From Podarcis erhardii (Eukaryota), in assembly GCA_964252035.1 (NCBI GenBank), contig OZ176207.1: a stretch of DNA of 64,000 nucleotides. One strand, written 5' to 3'. Shown one piece after another: positions 24,628-37,245 of this stretch (position 1 is its first letter; each line of letters starts with the position of its first letter). The position numbers were made by a program, and so were the translations under genes. The notes under the pieces were generated by a model, which did not search any database, had not been told where the DNA came from, and worked only from the letters and a program-made list of their open reading frames with translations.

Positions 24628-24791
24628 TAAACAGTAGAAAAGAAAGTCAATTTATCCATAAACCTATGTAAAAACATAGGTTTATGGATAAACTGACTTT
24701 CTTTTCTTCTGTTTGTTTAAATGAAAGTGGGGATTCTGTTAACCAGAATGCATTGCAGGGGGTTGGATGAAGCTGAATTAAATGCCCAGTA

Positions 24792-25036
24792 CAGTGGTAC
24801 CTCGGGTTACAGATGCTTCAGGTTACAGACATTTCAGGTTACAGACTCCGCTAACCCATAAATAGTACCTCGGGTTAAGAACTTTGCTTCAGGATGAGAA
24901 CAGAAATCGTGCAGTGGCGGCGCAGCAGCAGCAGCAGGAAGCCCCATTAGCTAAAGTGGTGCTTCAGGTTAAGAACAGTTTCAGGTTAAGAACGGACCTC
25001 CAGAACTAATTAAGTTCTTAACCCGAGGTACCACTG
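24792..25036. mobile_element. TcMar (Tigger-like) MITE
   Basis: TIR CAGTGGTACCTCGGGTTA / TAACCCGAGGTACCACTG with TA flanks. Same family as 33185 and 43558, in the opposite orientation. Confidence 0.92.
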
Positions 25037-26440
25037 TATAATAATCTGCCCTTTTTCTTCTCTTGCAAAGTATTAAAGCGCGCACAGACGTTCCCAATTG
25101 TGCTTTTAAATGTATCCTTATCTACAAAAACGTTGTTGTTGTTGCTAAATGAAATAAATGTTACCCTTGCTCTGTTTTGCCGTTTGGACAGGTTTTTAAA
25201 ATGTTTCTTCCTTGACACGCTGTTAAGCAAAGATTAGAGTGAATGCTTGCAATTGCTCTTTGCAAGCGAAGAGATCTAAACTTAAATGTTTCATGAAGAA
25301 TGTGATGTGCTTCAGCTAGCATTAGAGCTGCGAGTGCTAATAGCTGTTCATGAATAGCCGTGCACATTTTTGCAACCTGAAGGGCTATAATTTATTAGAT
25401 TGAAAACAAAGTGTGATCAATATAGCCTTTAATGCAATCAATAACGAGAACTGCCAAAAGGCATTTTACCATATTTCAGACTGAAAAAAGTGTTTTCTGT
25501 CATTTTTTTAAATTAAAAAAAAAACCAGCATTCCACTTTCAGTTTATCAGCAGATGGCAAGAAATGTTTCAACGGAGCCCATCTGCCTATCCATTCTTGA
25601 TAGCGTACAAACTGAGAATTAGATTTCTTGGCCAGGTTGCAAGGGAAAATAAGGATACAACCCAGTCCCATTTGTACTAGTTCTGGCAATCATGTCCATT
25701 CAGGGGTTTTCTTCTCCTTCAAAGCAACAGGCTGTTTTGTAGGCTCCAGAATTGCTACATCACTCAGTGGCCTTTTCTGAGGTGTGTATGTGTTTCAACA
25801 GCCTTCGTGTTGTCACATGTTTCTTGTATGAGGCCCATCCTTGAATTTGTGGGACAAGAAAACCCAATACCCATACTTGGGTTTGTTGAGTGATTAGGCA
25901 GGGCATCTGTGTGAATGCTGCACACACAGAGTTTCTGTTAATGTGTATTAAAATATGCACAGCTTGGCACAGCTTCTGGGAACTTTTATACAGTTACAGA
26001 AGTATCAGAAACATGAAGTGTAATTCTAAACTCAGTTATTAAAGCACAAATAAGTCCTTTGAACTCAGTGTGCATTAATTCTGAGTCTGTATGTTTAGAT
26101 CACACTATAATACCAATAATATAAAACCAGTAATAGTAATCATCCCTGGTGATCAGTGTAACGGTAATAGCAACATGACATGCATTGCTACAGTGCCCAC
26201 TGTTAAGAGCTTGTGCGTTGGAAATCGCAGCCATTTTTATGGGCAGCTGTGCCTTTTAAAGGGCTTTCCTGGACCTTCTGGTACAGCTCTGTCGGCATGG
26301 AGGTCATGAACAGGCAAGTGGTGGGGCAGATGGGAGCATAGAGTACGAACAGCCTGCTTCCTTGATTACCTGGGGCAGCTGGTTAACTGGGAGCTGAACG
26401 TTTCTGGTCCTTTTCAAATAACCTCACTAATATACTAAAC

Positions 26441-26575
26441 CAGTGATGGCCAAGCTTGGCCCTCCAGCTGTTTTGGGACTACAATTCCCATCCTTCTTGA
26501 CCACTGGTCCTGTTAGCTACGGATGATGGGAGTTGCAGTCCCAAAACAGCTGGAGGGCCAAGTTGGACATCACTG
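26441..26575. mobile_element. Small hAT MITE with perfect 8-bp TSD
   Basis: TACTAAAC at 26433-26440 and 26576-26583. TIR CAGTGATGGCCAA / TTGGACATCACTG. Confidence 0.9.
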
Positions 26576-26695
26576 TACTAAACAGTATCCCCATCAAGTT
26601 TTGGGAGAAATGATACATCTAAGAACCCAACTGGCTACATTCCCCAGGAGACAACATAGTGGGCTTCATAGGTATGCGATCTTACTTCTAAATAT

Positions 26696-26830
26696 TCATA
26701 GCACCATGGAATTGTAGAGTTGGAAGGAACCCCAAGGGTCATCTAATCCCACCCCCTGCAGTGCAGGAATCTCAACTAAAACATCCATGACAGATGGCCA
26801 TCTAACCTCTGCACAAAAACTTCCAGTGAA
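26696..26830 (-). mobile_element. CR1 3' end fragment
   Basis: gaattgtagagttggaaggaacccc-agggtcatcta...ccctgcagtgcaggaat is the reverse complement of the CR1 tail. Confidence 0.7.
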
Positions 26831-28674
26831 CGGCATCTGTTTGGTAACTGTGGAATTAGAATGCTGGACTTGGTGGGTTAATGACCTGATCTGCCAGCAA
26901 GACTTTTCTTATATCGTGTTTAAGGTTTCATGAGCAAAACCCAGTCGAGCCAACCCACTTCCTCAGAGGCAACCCCAGAAGGACAAGGGTAAGAATCAGG
27001 CCCCTGCAACTAGTCCTTCTGAAAGAAGAAAGGACTGAGGAATACAGCTCTAGATACAGGTTTTAGGGACCATAGAAGCAGTAGGGTGTCTGTCTTCAAG
27101 CCCTAGATGTTACCACAACATGTATGACTGTTGTAGAATACTAAGTTGTGTAAGTGGGACCCCCCCCCCCGGGCTCCCAGTGTATGGATGTTGTGGGCAC
27201 ACAGAGGAGCCTGAAGCCAGAAACTCCTACTGCTGAAATCCTAATCAGGAATTAGAAGGAAAGGTGGGAAGTAGAGAAAGAGAATTGAGCAGTGTGAGAG
27301 GGATATGTCTGTAGTCTGAAAAGCATGTTATTCATAATGACTCAAACCAAATGTTCAATAAACACTGATTTCTTCATTATTTTTTATTTTAATCCAGTCT
27401 TTTAACACTGCGACATCTGTGGCTTACTGAGCTGTGATGACACTTTTGACACAAACAAATGGATTTACAACTAGTCATGTTAGGTCAGGATGGTGTGAAA
27501 AGCCTATGGAAATAAGGTTGGAACTGGAAAAACAACATACTTGTAATGCTGGTCTAGCGAAATGACAGTGTCACTTCTCAGTGTTTTAACGTTTGTCAAC
27601 TGCATGTTACTCTCTTTGTCCTTCAGGATGGCAGAATTTCCTGCATCCATTCATTTCCAAAATAGAGATGATCTTTTCTTGATATCTCTCCCCCCCCCAA
27701 CCCCTCCACACACATACACAGCCTTCACTAGGCCTTATTAACAGATTGTATGTGTGAACACTTCAGGGTCTTGAATATTATTTTATTTTTCAGGCTCATG
27801 CATTCTGTGCCTTCTTAGAAATAACAGAAAGGGGTGGGAGAGATTACTGTCACTAAGTTGACTGCAAATTCCACAGCCAATGACAAGATGAAAAAGAAGC
27901 ATTGAATGAGTGTAGAACACCCGTTTTTTAAAAAAAAAATAGTGATGGTTTCTTGAAGAAATGTGTTTGACATGCCCTCAGCTGAAGACAAGTGGATGTG
28001 GCAGTTTTATTCAGCCTTTGTAAACTCCCACAAAAATGAGTTTGGAGTCTGATGCCTTTGAGGATTGTTATTAATTACAATTACACAATGCTGTTCAGTT
28101 TTTATATAGGTTCAAATTCTGTGGAAATCAATGGCATTAAGCAGCCACACTGTATCTTAGAATTGCTGCTTTGATCTTTTTTCACATCATTCCCCATGAG
28201 GTGTATATGTAAAGCTGGGAGACCTGATGGCTGAGCAGGATCATGAACCTAGACCTCTCAAGTCTTATCTCCAGAAATCCCAAGAAGAAGGATGATAACT
28301 GGAGCTGCAACGATCTGTTTGGACTTGAATAGGCTTTGAAAATGATGTGGGTAGTATTCAACTAAGCTTCACATAGTGCGGACCGATTGAAATTAATTAA
28401 CATAACCAGTTATGTCCTTTAATTTCAATTGATCTACTCCCCCATGGTTTCCAGCTTATATTGTGAGATGCTCTAGTAAATTTTGCCAAACATTTCACTT
28501 GGCTCTTGGAATAGAATGCTGACTCAGGTGTTTGGCTCTCTACTTCCAGGGCTCTGGTCTCCCTGTAGTTTTGGTGGAGTTTCTGGCAGTGAGACTAGGG
28601 ATAATTGACATATTATCTGTGATATGGCAATATCCTCATTCGATCCCCATAAATTGTGAGATTACAGTTAAGTA

Positions 28675-29028
28675 CAGTGGTGCCTCGCAAGACGAAATTA
28701 ATTTGTTCCGCGAGTTTTTTCTTCTTGCGATTTTTTCGTCTTGCGAAGCACGGACTTTGGAAAAGCTTCAAAAATCACCAAAGTCTTCAAAAACCTCAAA
28801 AAAGGCTACCACACCGTGTGCTATGAATTGCTCCTCGAAGTGAATGCACGGTTTTAATAAAAAGGAAACAAACTTGCAAGACAAAGGAAACAAACTTGCA
28901 AGACGTTTTCGTCTTGCGAAGCAAGCCCATAGGGAAATCCGTCTTGCGAAGCAACTCAAAAAACGAAAAACTCTTTCGTTTTGCGAGTTTTTCATCTTAC
29001 GAGGCATTCATCTTGCAAGGTACCACTG
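28675..29028. mobile_element. TcMar (Tigger-like) MITE with internal repeats
   Basis: TIR CAGTGGTGCCTCGCAAGA / TCTTGCAAGGTACCACTG with TA flanks. Internal CGTCTTGCGAAGCA occurs three times, and there is a tandem AAAGGAAACAAACTTGCAAGAC. Confidence 0.88.
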
Positions 29029-29049
29029 TATATTCATTGCCTTATTTTT

Positions 29050-29225
29050 TTTATCCAATCCACTCAACCATGAAAACTCACTTTTGTGACTTGGGGTCAA
29101 TCACCATCTGCCAGCCTAACCTACCTCACAAGGTTGTTGTGAAGAAGACGAAAGCTAGAGAAAGAACTGTATGTACTGCCTTAGGCTCATTGGAGTATAG
29201 GTGGAAGATAAATGTGAAAAAAGTA
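29050..29225 (+). mobile_element. MIR/Squam3-like SINE 3' part
   Basis: ccatgaaaactcact...gcctaacctacctcacaaggttgttgtga core. Confidence 0.55.
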
Positions 29226-30616
29226 AAAGAAAGCGACTCTGTGACCACCCGAAGGTAAGGAGAATTTGACTCCAGTATTCTAGAGTGTAGAGTGGCCCTC
29301 TAGGTGGTTTTGTACTCCAACTCTCATCAGCGCCAGCTACATTGAACGACAGTTGGGAAAGATGATGTTGTGGGGCACAGGATAGCCACCCCTGCAACAC
29401 TACACCAGACCGAATGCTAGCCTCCTTCTTTTAACTTGTAGTTGTTAAAAAAAAAAAGCACAAATGATACATAATGCATGATGTGGTTTAAACTAATAGC
29501 ACCCCCAAATCAATCAAAGGGCACATTTTCTTTGTTTGGGAAATCTGTTGTTACAAGTTGTCAAACTATTTCCCTCTTGCACGCAACTAGGAATCTTTCC
29601 GAGGTAACTGCTAATGAACATCAGATATTCCTATCTAACACAACAAAGGGAGCATCTGGAGTCAACATAAAACATTATATATAAATATTTCAAAAAGCCC
29701 TTTGGAACCACGTAAATATAGGATATATTATGTCTGCCCCAGGCTTCCCTTAATGTGATGTACATGGTAATAAACTTACTGGAAATAGACTTTTCCCCAC
29801 TTGCAATGAATTCAGCTATACTTTTAAAATGAGAATTTCATTTAGAATGGCCTTGCCCCAAGAACCTCTGAGGTATGTTTGATGAATTTCTCACGGATGC
29901 TCAGCATCCATGCAGTTATGAAACAGAAACTATCAGTGAGGTCTTAAGGCTAATTGGTGTTAGATAAGTGTTGGGTGTGGACAGCAGTTAAAGGAGTATG
30001 AAGAGCTTCAAAAGAAGGACCCAAACAGCTACGTGACTGTCTTGGTGTGACTCACAGCGCAACCCTAACCAAGGCTACTCAGAAGCAAGTCTTTGTTCCC
30101 AGGTAAGTGCAGTTAGGACGGCAGCCTAAGTCGTTTGGATCTGGGATGTAGAAGGAATGCCCCACCACCACTTCAGTATGGGAGCATTGAACATTAAGTG
30201 TGTGTTTTGGGGCGGGGATGGGGGAGCACATAAATTCCCTGCCTAGGTTGGCACAAATTATCCAGGACAGATTCAACTAAGTTGTGCTAGTGAAAGCGAA
30301 AGCAATGAGTCCTACTAACAACAGTGGTACTCTCCCCTCACCTTGCACCCTCTCCGAATCTTTCTGGGAAGGTTGAGAGAACCTCCAGAACGTGGGAGAG
30401 GAATGAGGAGATTGATTTTTCTGGAAAGGAGAAATGCTTGTGCTGACAGGACAATCACCTTAGTGTGATGTTGCATTCCACCCACAGATTCAAGTTTCTA
30501 GAGTCTTTCTCTTAACAACTGAAGGAAGTTTGGAAAACCCCATATATGGAGCTATGGCAGACGACATATATTGTGTCCTCCACTTTATCCATTTAATGTG
30601 TAGGTCACCACAGTTT

Positions 30617-30800
30617 GGGGAGTGACCATAGCCACAGTGGTAGATGACATACTTCAAATGCAAAAGGTCCCAGGTTCAGATCCCTAGCATCTCCAGTTAG
30701 AAGGTTCAGCTGATAAGACAGACATCTGCCTGAAAATATGGAGAGTTGTTGCCACCAACATATGGTTTCAATGACAAATAGTCTGACCTCATACATGAGG
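30617..30800 (+). mobile_element. tRNA-derived SINE (Squam2-like), decayed
   Basis: ccatagccacagtggtaga...gcaaaaggtcccaggttcagatccctagcatctccag has A/B-box remnants. Confidence 0.6.
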
Positions 30801-31584
30801 AAACACATCATGTGGTGTTACATTACAGGCAGACTGGCTCAAGCCATTTTGCTGCCTGAGGTAAAGTACAAGAGAGTCTCCTTCCCAATTCCACATACAA
30901 AAGCCAACTGGACTGACAGTTGAATGTTGTTTCAACACTGATGACAAAATAGTATCTTCCAACAACCTGAGGCAGCAGGTCAGATTTTGGAGATTGGGCC
31001 TGGTAGAGACCATGGGGCAACTGAAGGAAGGGCTGGGGGTATATGAGGAATAGCCAGTGGCTGCTGCAGCTGGCAGCCTGAGGTGATTGCCTCACTCTTC
31101 CTAAACTTGATTTCAGATTTTCAAAATGTTATATTCAACACCCAGCTTAGAAGTTTGACATTTGCAATAAGTTTTGGCCTGAAGTCTTTTTGAGAAAGGT
31201 GCTCTAAATGTTTGTGGGGTTTTGCAAATGGTAGCAGGATTTCATTAGCAAAAGTCAGTCCATGTTTTATTTGGAGAATAAGCAGCCTGCAGGGTGTGCC
31301 TTGTTTCTCACATGTAATTCACATAAGGTCAGGAGTGGACAATAACATACAGCACAATTTTAAGCCTGTTCACTTCTCTTGCCAAAATATCACAAGCTTT
31401 CATTGATAGTCCAGGCTAAGAGTCACCCCGCCCTTTTAAAGTATACCTTTGTTCTCTGGGACTTTATGTACTTCACTTTGGGACAAGGAATTCCCAAATA
31501 CCTGTGGGAAGTCTACAAACAGGACAAATGGATAGTTGTCCTCTCCTGTTGTTCCTCAATTGCTAGTACTCAGATATAGCTTGC

Positions 31585-31990
31585 ATGTAGCCATTGATGA
31601 CTATATCTTCAATGGAATATTCTAATCTCCTTTTCCAAGCTATGTAAATTGCTGAACATCACCTTAGCTTGTGCCAGCTTATTCTATAATCTTCACTGTG
31701 CACTATGTCAAGAAGTACTTCTGTTCGTCTTGAATCTAAAACCATTCTGCTTTGTTAACTGTTTCCAGATTCTAGTGATAGGAGACAGGAAGAAAAATGT
31801 ATCTGTTTCTACTTCCTATATTCCTCCTTCCTTTTACTTGCCTTCCTTCTGCCAAACTAAGCAGCTTCCCCACCCCTAAGAGAGGTGCTCCAATCTATGA
31901 TTATTTTGATAGCCCCTTTCTGGCTCTATGGCAACTAAATCTGTATACAGTATTTTTAGTGTGCTCTCACTGTACATTTTTATAAAGGCA
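31585..31990 (-). mobile_element. CR1 ORF2 3' fragment (decayed)
   Basis: tagccattgat...ctaatctccttttccaagc...tgtcaagaagtacttc...tgaatct resembles antisense CR1. Confidence 0.6.
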
Positions 31991-33184
31991 TTATAATAGT
32001 GGTAGAATAATTGAATTCTGGGAAGCTTAGTACTGTTCTAAGTAGGTGGGACAGAGGGTTGACCTGAGTAGTAAAGAGGTTGTATCAAACAATGGAAGTG
32101 AATAATACTCCGTTGCACAAGTATAGTGTAGACCTATTTTGATTCGTTCTTAGTCTAGTGCAAGATCTTGAGTTAAAATACAAACTTCCCTGTGTTGCCT
32201 GTCATTAACTTATCTTCAAGTAACTTCAAGTAAAATTTAAATGTTACAAATAACTCAATGCAGGATTTACCACTCAAAGATCTGCTAATCTGCCCCGGAG
32301 CACCAGTCGTTCAAAGAGAAATTGCAACAAAGGGAGATTGGGACAACTGTTATTTGAAGACTTCACAAAACGAATGTTGCGAGCCCCTTCGCTCCACTCA
32401 TTCCACGTTGGTGGTTAACAAACAAGCAGTGCTTTCCAAACTGATGGAGGTCAGCCATGCCACCATGCAAATAAAGCTTGAGAATATTAGACTGATGTTC
32501 AAAATGGTGGAGAAAAAATTCATGTACTTTATACGTAGTTTCTGAACTTAATGCATCTTTTAAGAGTATTACTGTTAAAACAAAGCTTGCTTTCGCTTTA
32601 AACACCCCAGAACTGAGAGAATCAAAGTGCATGATTTACGTTTACAGTATGTTTTTGCTCTTAGGATGGAGATTATAACTTTTTGACTTCACTGTGGGTG
32701 CCAGTGTACAGGTGGAGAAATGGATTCTCAAGATTTGCTGCACACCCACTCCTAGAAATAAAACTCGATCACTGTGAAGCCACCTGTGCTTTATGGGCAT
32801 GGATGGTGGAGGAGGCTGGCTTATTGGTGGTAATGGCAGGTGGCTAGGTTCCAATTGGCCAGCTGCCATTTTGTGAAATTACATCACCTTTGTTCTTCTG
32901 TTTCTTTAAGCTTAAAGGTAGAAGAGTAGCATGGGAGGAAACTGTAGAGAAACTGAGGGTAAAACTGGAAGGGATCTGGTATTGGGAAATAATTAGGGGA
33001 GAAGCTAATTGAAGGAGAATGAGTGCTATATATCACCTCAGTCTTTCACTCATTCTTGTCTAGACTTGGGGTAAGTTTTTTTTTTAATTTAGTTCAGTAA
33101 TCTCCATTTCAACCAGCCAACATGGAAGATGATAAGCAGGCTATATTGGCAGCAGTATTTTGCTTTTTGTTTGTAACCAGAATA

Positions 33185-33412
33185 CAGTGGTACCTCTGGT
33201 TACGAACTTAATTCGTTCCGGAGGTCCGTTCTTAACCTGAAACTGTTCTTAACCTGAGGTACCACTTTAGCTAAGGGGGCCTCCCGCTGCCATGTGATTT
33301 CTGTTCTCATCCTGGGGCAAAGTTCTTAACCCGAGGTACTACTTCTGGGTTAGCGGAGTCTGTAACCCGAAGTGTTTGTAACCCAAGGTGTTTGTAACCC
33401 AAGGTACCACTG
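33185..33412. mobile_element. TcMar (Tigger-like) MITE
   Basis: CAGTGGTACCTC ... AAGGTACCACTG with TA flanks. Reverse orientation of the 24792 family. Confidence 0.92.
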
Positions 33413-35106
33413 TATGGTATTCAAAGGTATAGTGCTTCTAACCATGGAAGGTTGTTTTAGCTGTAAAAGCTGACAGAAAGAGCTTCTCTGGACAGAGCTA
33501 GAATGGAGCAGGAAGCACAAGGTTTGAGTGGGTGAAGCTAATGGGAGTTTAGTAGGAGTGGCTTAGCAGGATGTGGGACTTGTTGAACTATGTTTGGAGT
33601 TTGCCACTGAAGCCACCTACACATGACTTTACAATGATTTTTGCGTGCCCACTTGCTGTTGACGGGAGGGAGACCAAGCTAAGAATGATAATTATGAACC
33701 TCATTCACAGGTATAGTTTGTGAAATGGTAGGTAGGTCTTCCACCATTGGATTTTAACTACATGATGAAAGGCTTCTTTAGAGGAATTGATACTATACTT
33801 CTTTGGTTTTGTGATTATTCGTCTTGCAGTATGAAATGCCTTGTTATCATAGGTTTATCACTAATATCTGAATTTGCAGCAGTATGATTGGAATCATCCT
33901 TAACTGCCCAGCCCATAAGGCTTTGAGTACTTTAGTAGAAATCAGTGTAGTTCCTTTCACTTCAATGGGACCATAAAAAAATCCAAATTCGCTAGTTTCA
34001 TGTGTTGCCCAACAAGTCATTTGATATCTCTGTGTTCGTTACAGAGGATAGCAATACTATCCCCCCGCTCCAGTAACACATAAGATTGCTGTCACCACTT
34101 CCTTCAATTTATCATGTCTTTGTTCCCGTAAAGATGATACTACTGCAGGAATTGGGAAATCATAGGGATGAAATATGACATTATTGTGCACCCATAGGGT
34201 GGGGCGAGAATGGGATTAAGATGGATAAAGAAATTTGAGCAACTGTATCAATTAAATATATATGGAGTGCCTCTAATATAAATAAACCCTTTTGATTCTA
34301 TGAAATAGTGTAAACGCCCATAAATGGAACTTGGATCACATTGTGATACCCAGTAGACATTGGAAAGACTATTCACATCTCTCCCTGCCCCTCCCAGCCT
34401 CCCACTCTTGCTGTTCCATAGGGATCCGCACACCTTGGAGGACCATGGTTAAGACCTACTTGTGACTTCATACATGCTTTTTGGGACTTGTTACGACAGA
34501 AATTCTCTGGATAAATCATTTTGATAAATATGCTTCTGACCAAGGAGGGGTAATCCAGAGTATGATTGCTGTTGTGGTAAAATTATTCAAATATTCTTCT
34601 GGAAAGTAGGATGGAAGGACCAGTCTATTTCTGATGCAAGTATTTATTTGTAAGTTCACTCTTGTTTCAGTTCTGAATTAATTCATTTTTAATATAAAAA
34701 ATAAATCCATATTTAAGTACATCTTTACTACATACTTAAATGTTATTTTATCACAAAATATGCACATAAATTCACATTCTTCTCAACATACACATTTCTA
34801 AACATACCTCTCCTAAAATGCACTCTTTGAAACAACAACAACAGAGACAAAATGAACAAATGCAGTTTTTTAAAACTGAGAACGTCTGGCAAAATTCAGA
34901 AAATGTGAAATCCAAAGGGCAATTACCTTCTGATTCATGCATTAATCCTGCAAATGAGATCAGTTTGCTTAAAAGATGCAGACCAAATGAAAATATTAGG
35001 AATAGCTACTTTCTAGAAGAGTGGCAAAGGTAGTCTTATATAGGCAAGTTGTACATGGCTTTAGGCATGCTTTTGATATTGAAGCTGCCTTAGTTGTCCT
35101 AGGAGG

Positions 35107-35194
35107 ATAAGAAATGCCTACTGGATCAGGCCAATGGCCCATCTAGTCCAGTATCCTGTTCTCACAATAGCCAACCAGATGCCTGTGGGAAGCC
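35107..35194 (-). mobile_element. CR1 3' UTR fragment
   Basis: ataagaaatgcctactggatcaggccaatggcccatctagtccagtatcctgttctcacaatagccaaccagatgcc. Confidence 0.7.
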
Positions 35195-35637
35195 AAAGCA
35201 AGAACCTGGTGATTCATCCTAAGAATGTGATCCTGTTAATTCTCCTGGAACTCTCGGCTATATTTTATAATATAATTCAGAGTTGTATACCAGAGTTGGG
35301 AGAGTTGCAGTGGCTCCACTCCTGCCATCCAAGTAGGTCATAGGGAATGGTTGCTTTGCCAAAGAAGAAATTATCATATGGGCTGCCGCTAAGTTCCAGC
35401 TTGTTCCTTGTTCCTCATGGCTTTTTACACTACATGAAACCACTCTTTTAGGCTGTGTGAATATTTTCAGGTGACATGCCATCAGTGTTTTCCAACAACA
35501 GCAGCAGGTGAGTTGTTATCCTAAACAGGTGTGTGGATCAGTGACTGGCAGGACAAAGGTGAATTGATTGTGGCTCAGTCCATACAAGGCAGAAGTATTA
35601 ATGGAGATTCTCTAGGATTGTCTCATTCTCCTTAGAG

Positions 35638-35640
<3 letters not shown>

Positions 35641-35692
<52 letters not shown>
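35641..35692. repeat. (ATT)n microsatellite
   Basis: Directly visible. Confidence 0.95.
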
Positions 35693-35693
<1 letters not shown>

Positions 35694-36354
35694 CCCTGTC
35701 TGTATTGTCTCCTGCCCTCCCACCCCCCCGCCGCCCAGCAGTTTTGTTGACCAGCCTACTCATGTCTTCTCTGGGCATAGCCAATCCACAGACTTTATAC
35801 TTTCTGCTAATCACAGGTGCCAATGTTGTTCACTACTTCTTCTGAAGCCAGATTGTACTTGGTCTTAGGTGGCTTGCTGAGCTTGGCCTACACAACAGGA
35901 GATGAGGTTCTCCATTCATGTCCTCATTCAACTGGATGTCCCGGTTGTTCACAGTCACATGTATGTCTGTAGTTTACTTCTTCCTTCTCATGCTAATGTG
36001 TATGTTTACTTCATGGCCACCACAAGCCCACCTCTATAGAATTTAGACAGAGAAGGCAGCTACTGCAACGAATAGCTAATTAATCCTACAACAACCATCA
36101 AAGCACATAGAAAACAATGCTGCGTTGTTGCTTAACATGCAGATACTTTTGTCTCACCCTCCTAAAAGAAGGGCTTAGCTTGTTCAACAAAATTTCACTG
36201 CTGTTATTCACGATACAATCAGAAAGTGAATTCTCAGGCTCCACACCCCAGGAAGTGATATGTTGCAGCCTCAAAGTTTGTATTAGAATCACCGAATTAG
36301 ATACACCTAATGTATCACGTTTGGTCAGGGTTGTAAACCCTGCAGGCCACTGCA

Positions 36355-36420
36355 CCACTTCTTCTTCTTCTTCTTCCTCCTCCTCCTCCTCCTGCTCTTC
36401 TTCTTCTATTATTATTATTC
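36355..36420. repeat. Compound (CTT)n(CCT)n(ATT)n microsatellite
   Basis: Directly visible. Confidence 0.9.
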
Positions 36421-37207
36421 AGCAAAAAATGGTGAAGTCAAAGCAAAGAGCTTTGTTGCTTTTCACTGTGCTTGGTTAAAATTCTATATTTCTGGTTGTA
36501 ACTGTGTGTGGTTAGATTAAGGAATGGGCATGACAAGTCTCTCCTCCCCCCCCCCCACTTCCCTTTGCCACAAACCCACTGGTTTAGTGATTAGCCTATG
36601 AGCCCTTTGCATTGTGTTCGCAGAACAGTTCCCTGGCTGCAGTGCACTCAACCTTGACATAAATTTGAAATAAGTACTTTGTGAAGGGTTAGTCTTTTGT
36701 GCAGGGTGTGTGAGAAATCCTGCCTCACCAGGTTTGTTACAGAAGCCAGTGTCAAATTGCCTTGCCCCAAGTATTTCACTATCAGAGTGGGGGAGAAGAA
36801 CTGTGACAGAGGGGGAGGATTTTTTTTTCCAGAGAACTTTCTCTTGGCTTCCAAGAGGATTGGAGGGACTAAGTGAAGAAATATCATGTGTTATGCTTGT
36901 ATATATTTTTTATTTCCTTTATTATATTTCTGTCCCACCCTGACTTCCAAAGAGCTCAAGATGACACACATTCAGCTATAGCACAACCGCCACACGAAAT
37001 CCCTTTCCTGATAATTTACAGTAGACAAGTACAATAGGTACGTATGCCATTCATAGAATCCACATTCTCTGTGTTTCTTGTCCAGGCTGGTTGGCTTTTA
37101 ATTTAATCTATTTGATCATGCTGTTTGCCTGAGGTGATTAGCAACCTTTTCATGTAAATCCCAGTCAATCCCATAAAATGAGTTGATGATGGGGCAGGAG
37201 AATATTC

Positions 37208-37211
<4 letters not shown>

Positions 37212-37244
<33 letters not shown>
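37212..37244. repeat. (GT)n microsatellite
   Basis: Directly visible. Confidence 0.95.

Positions 37245-37245
<1 letters not shown>

Noticed and set aside
28730-28960. Spaced short direct repeats resembling a CRISPR array
   Set aside because: This is eukaryotic intron DNA, the repeats are internal to a TA-flanked TcMar MITE, and the spacing is irregular.
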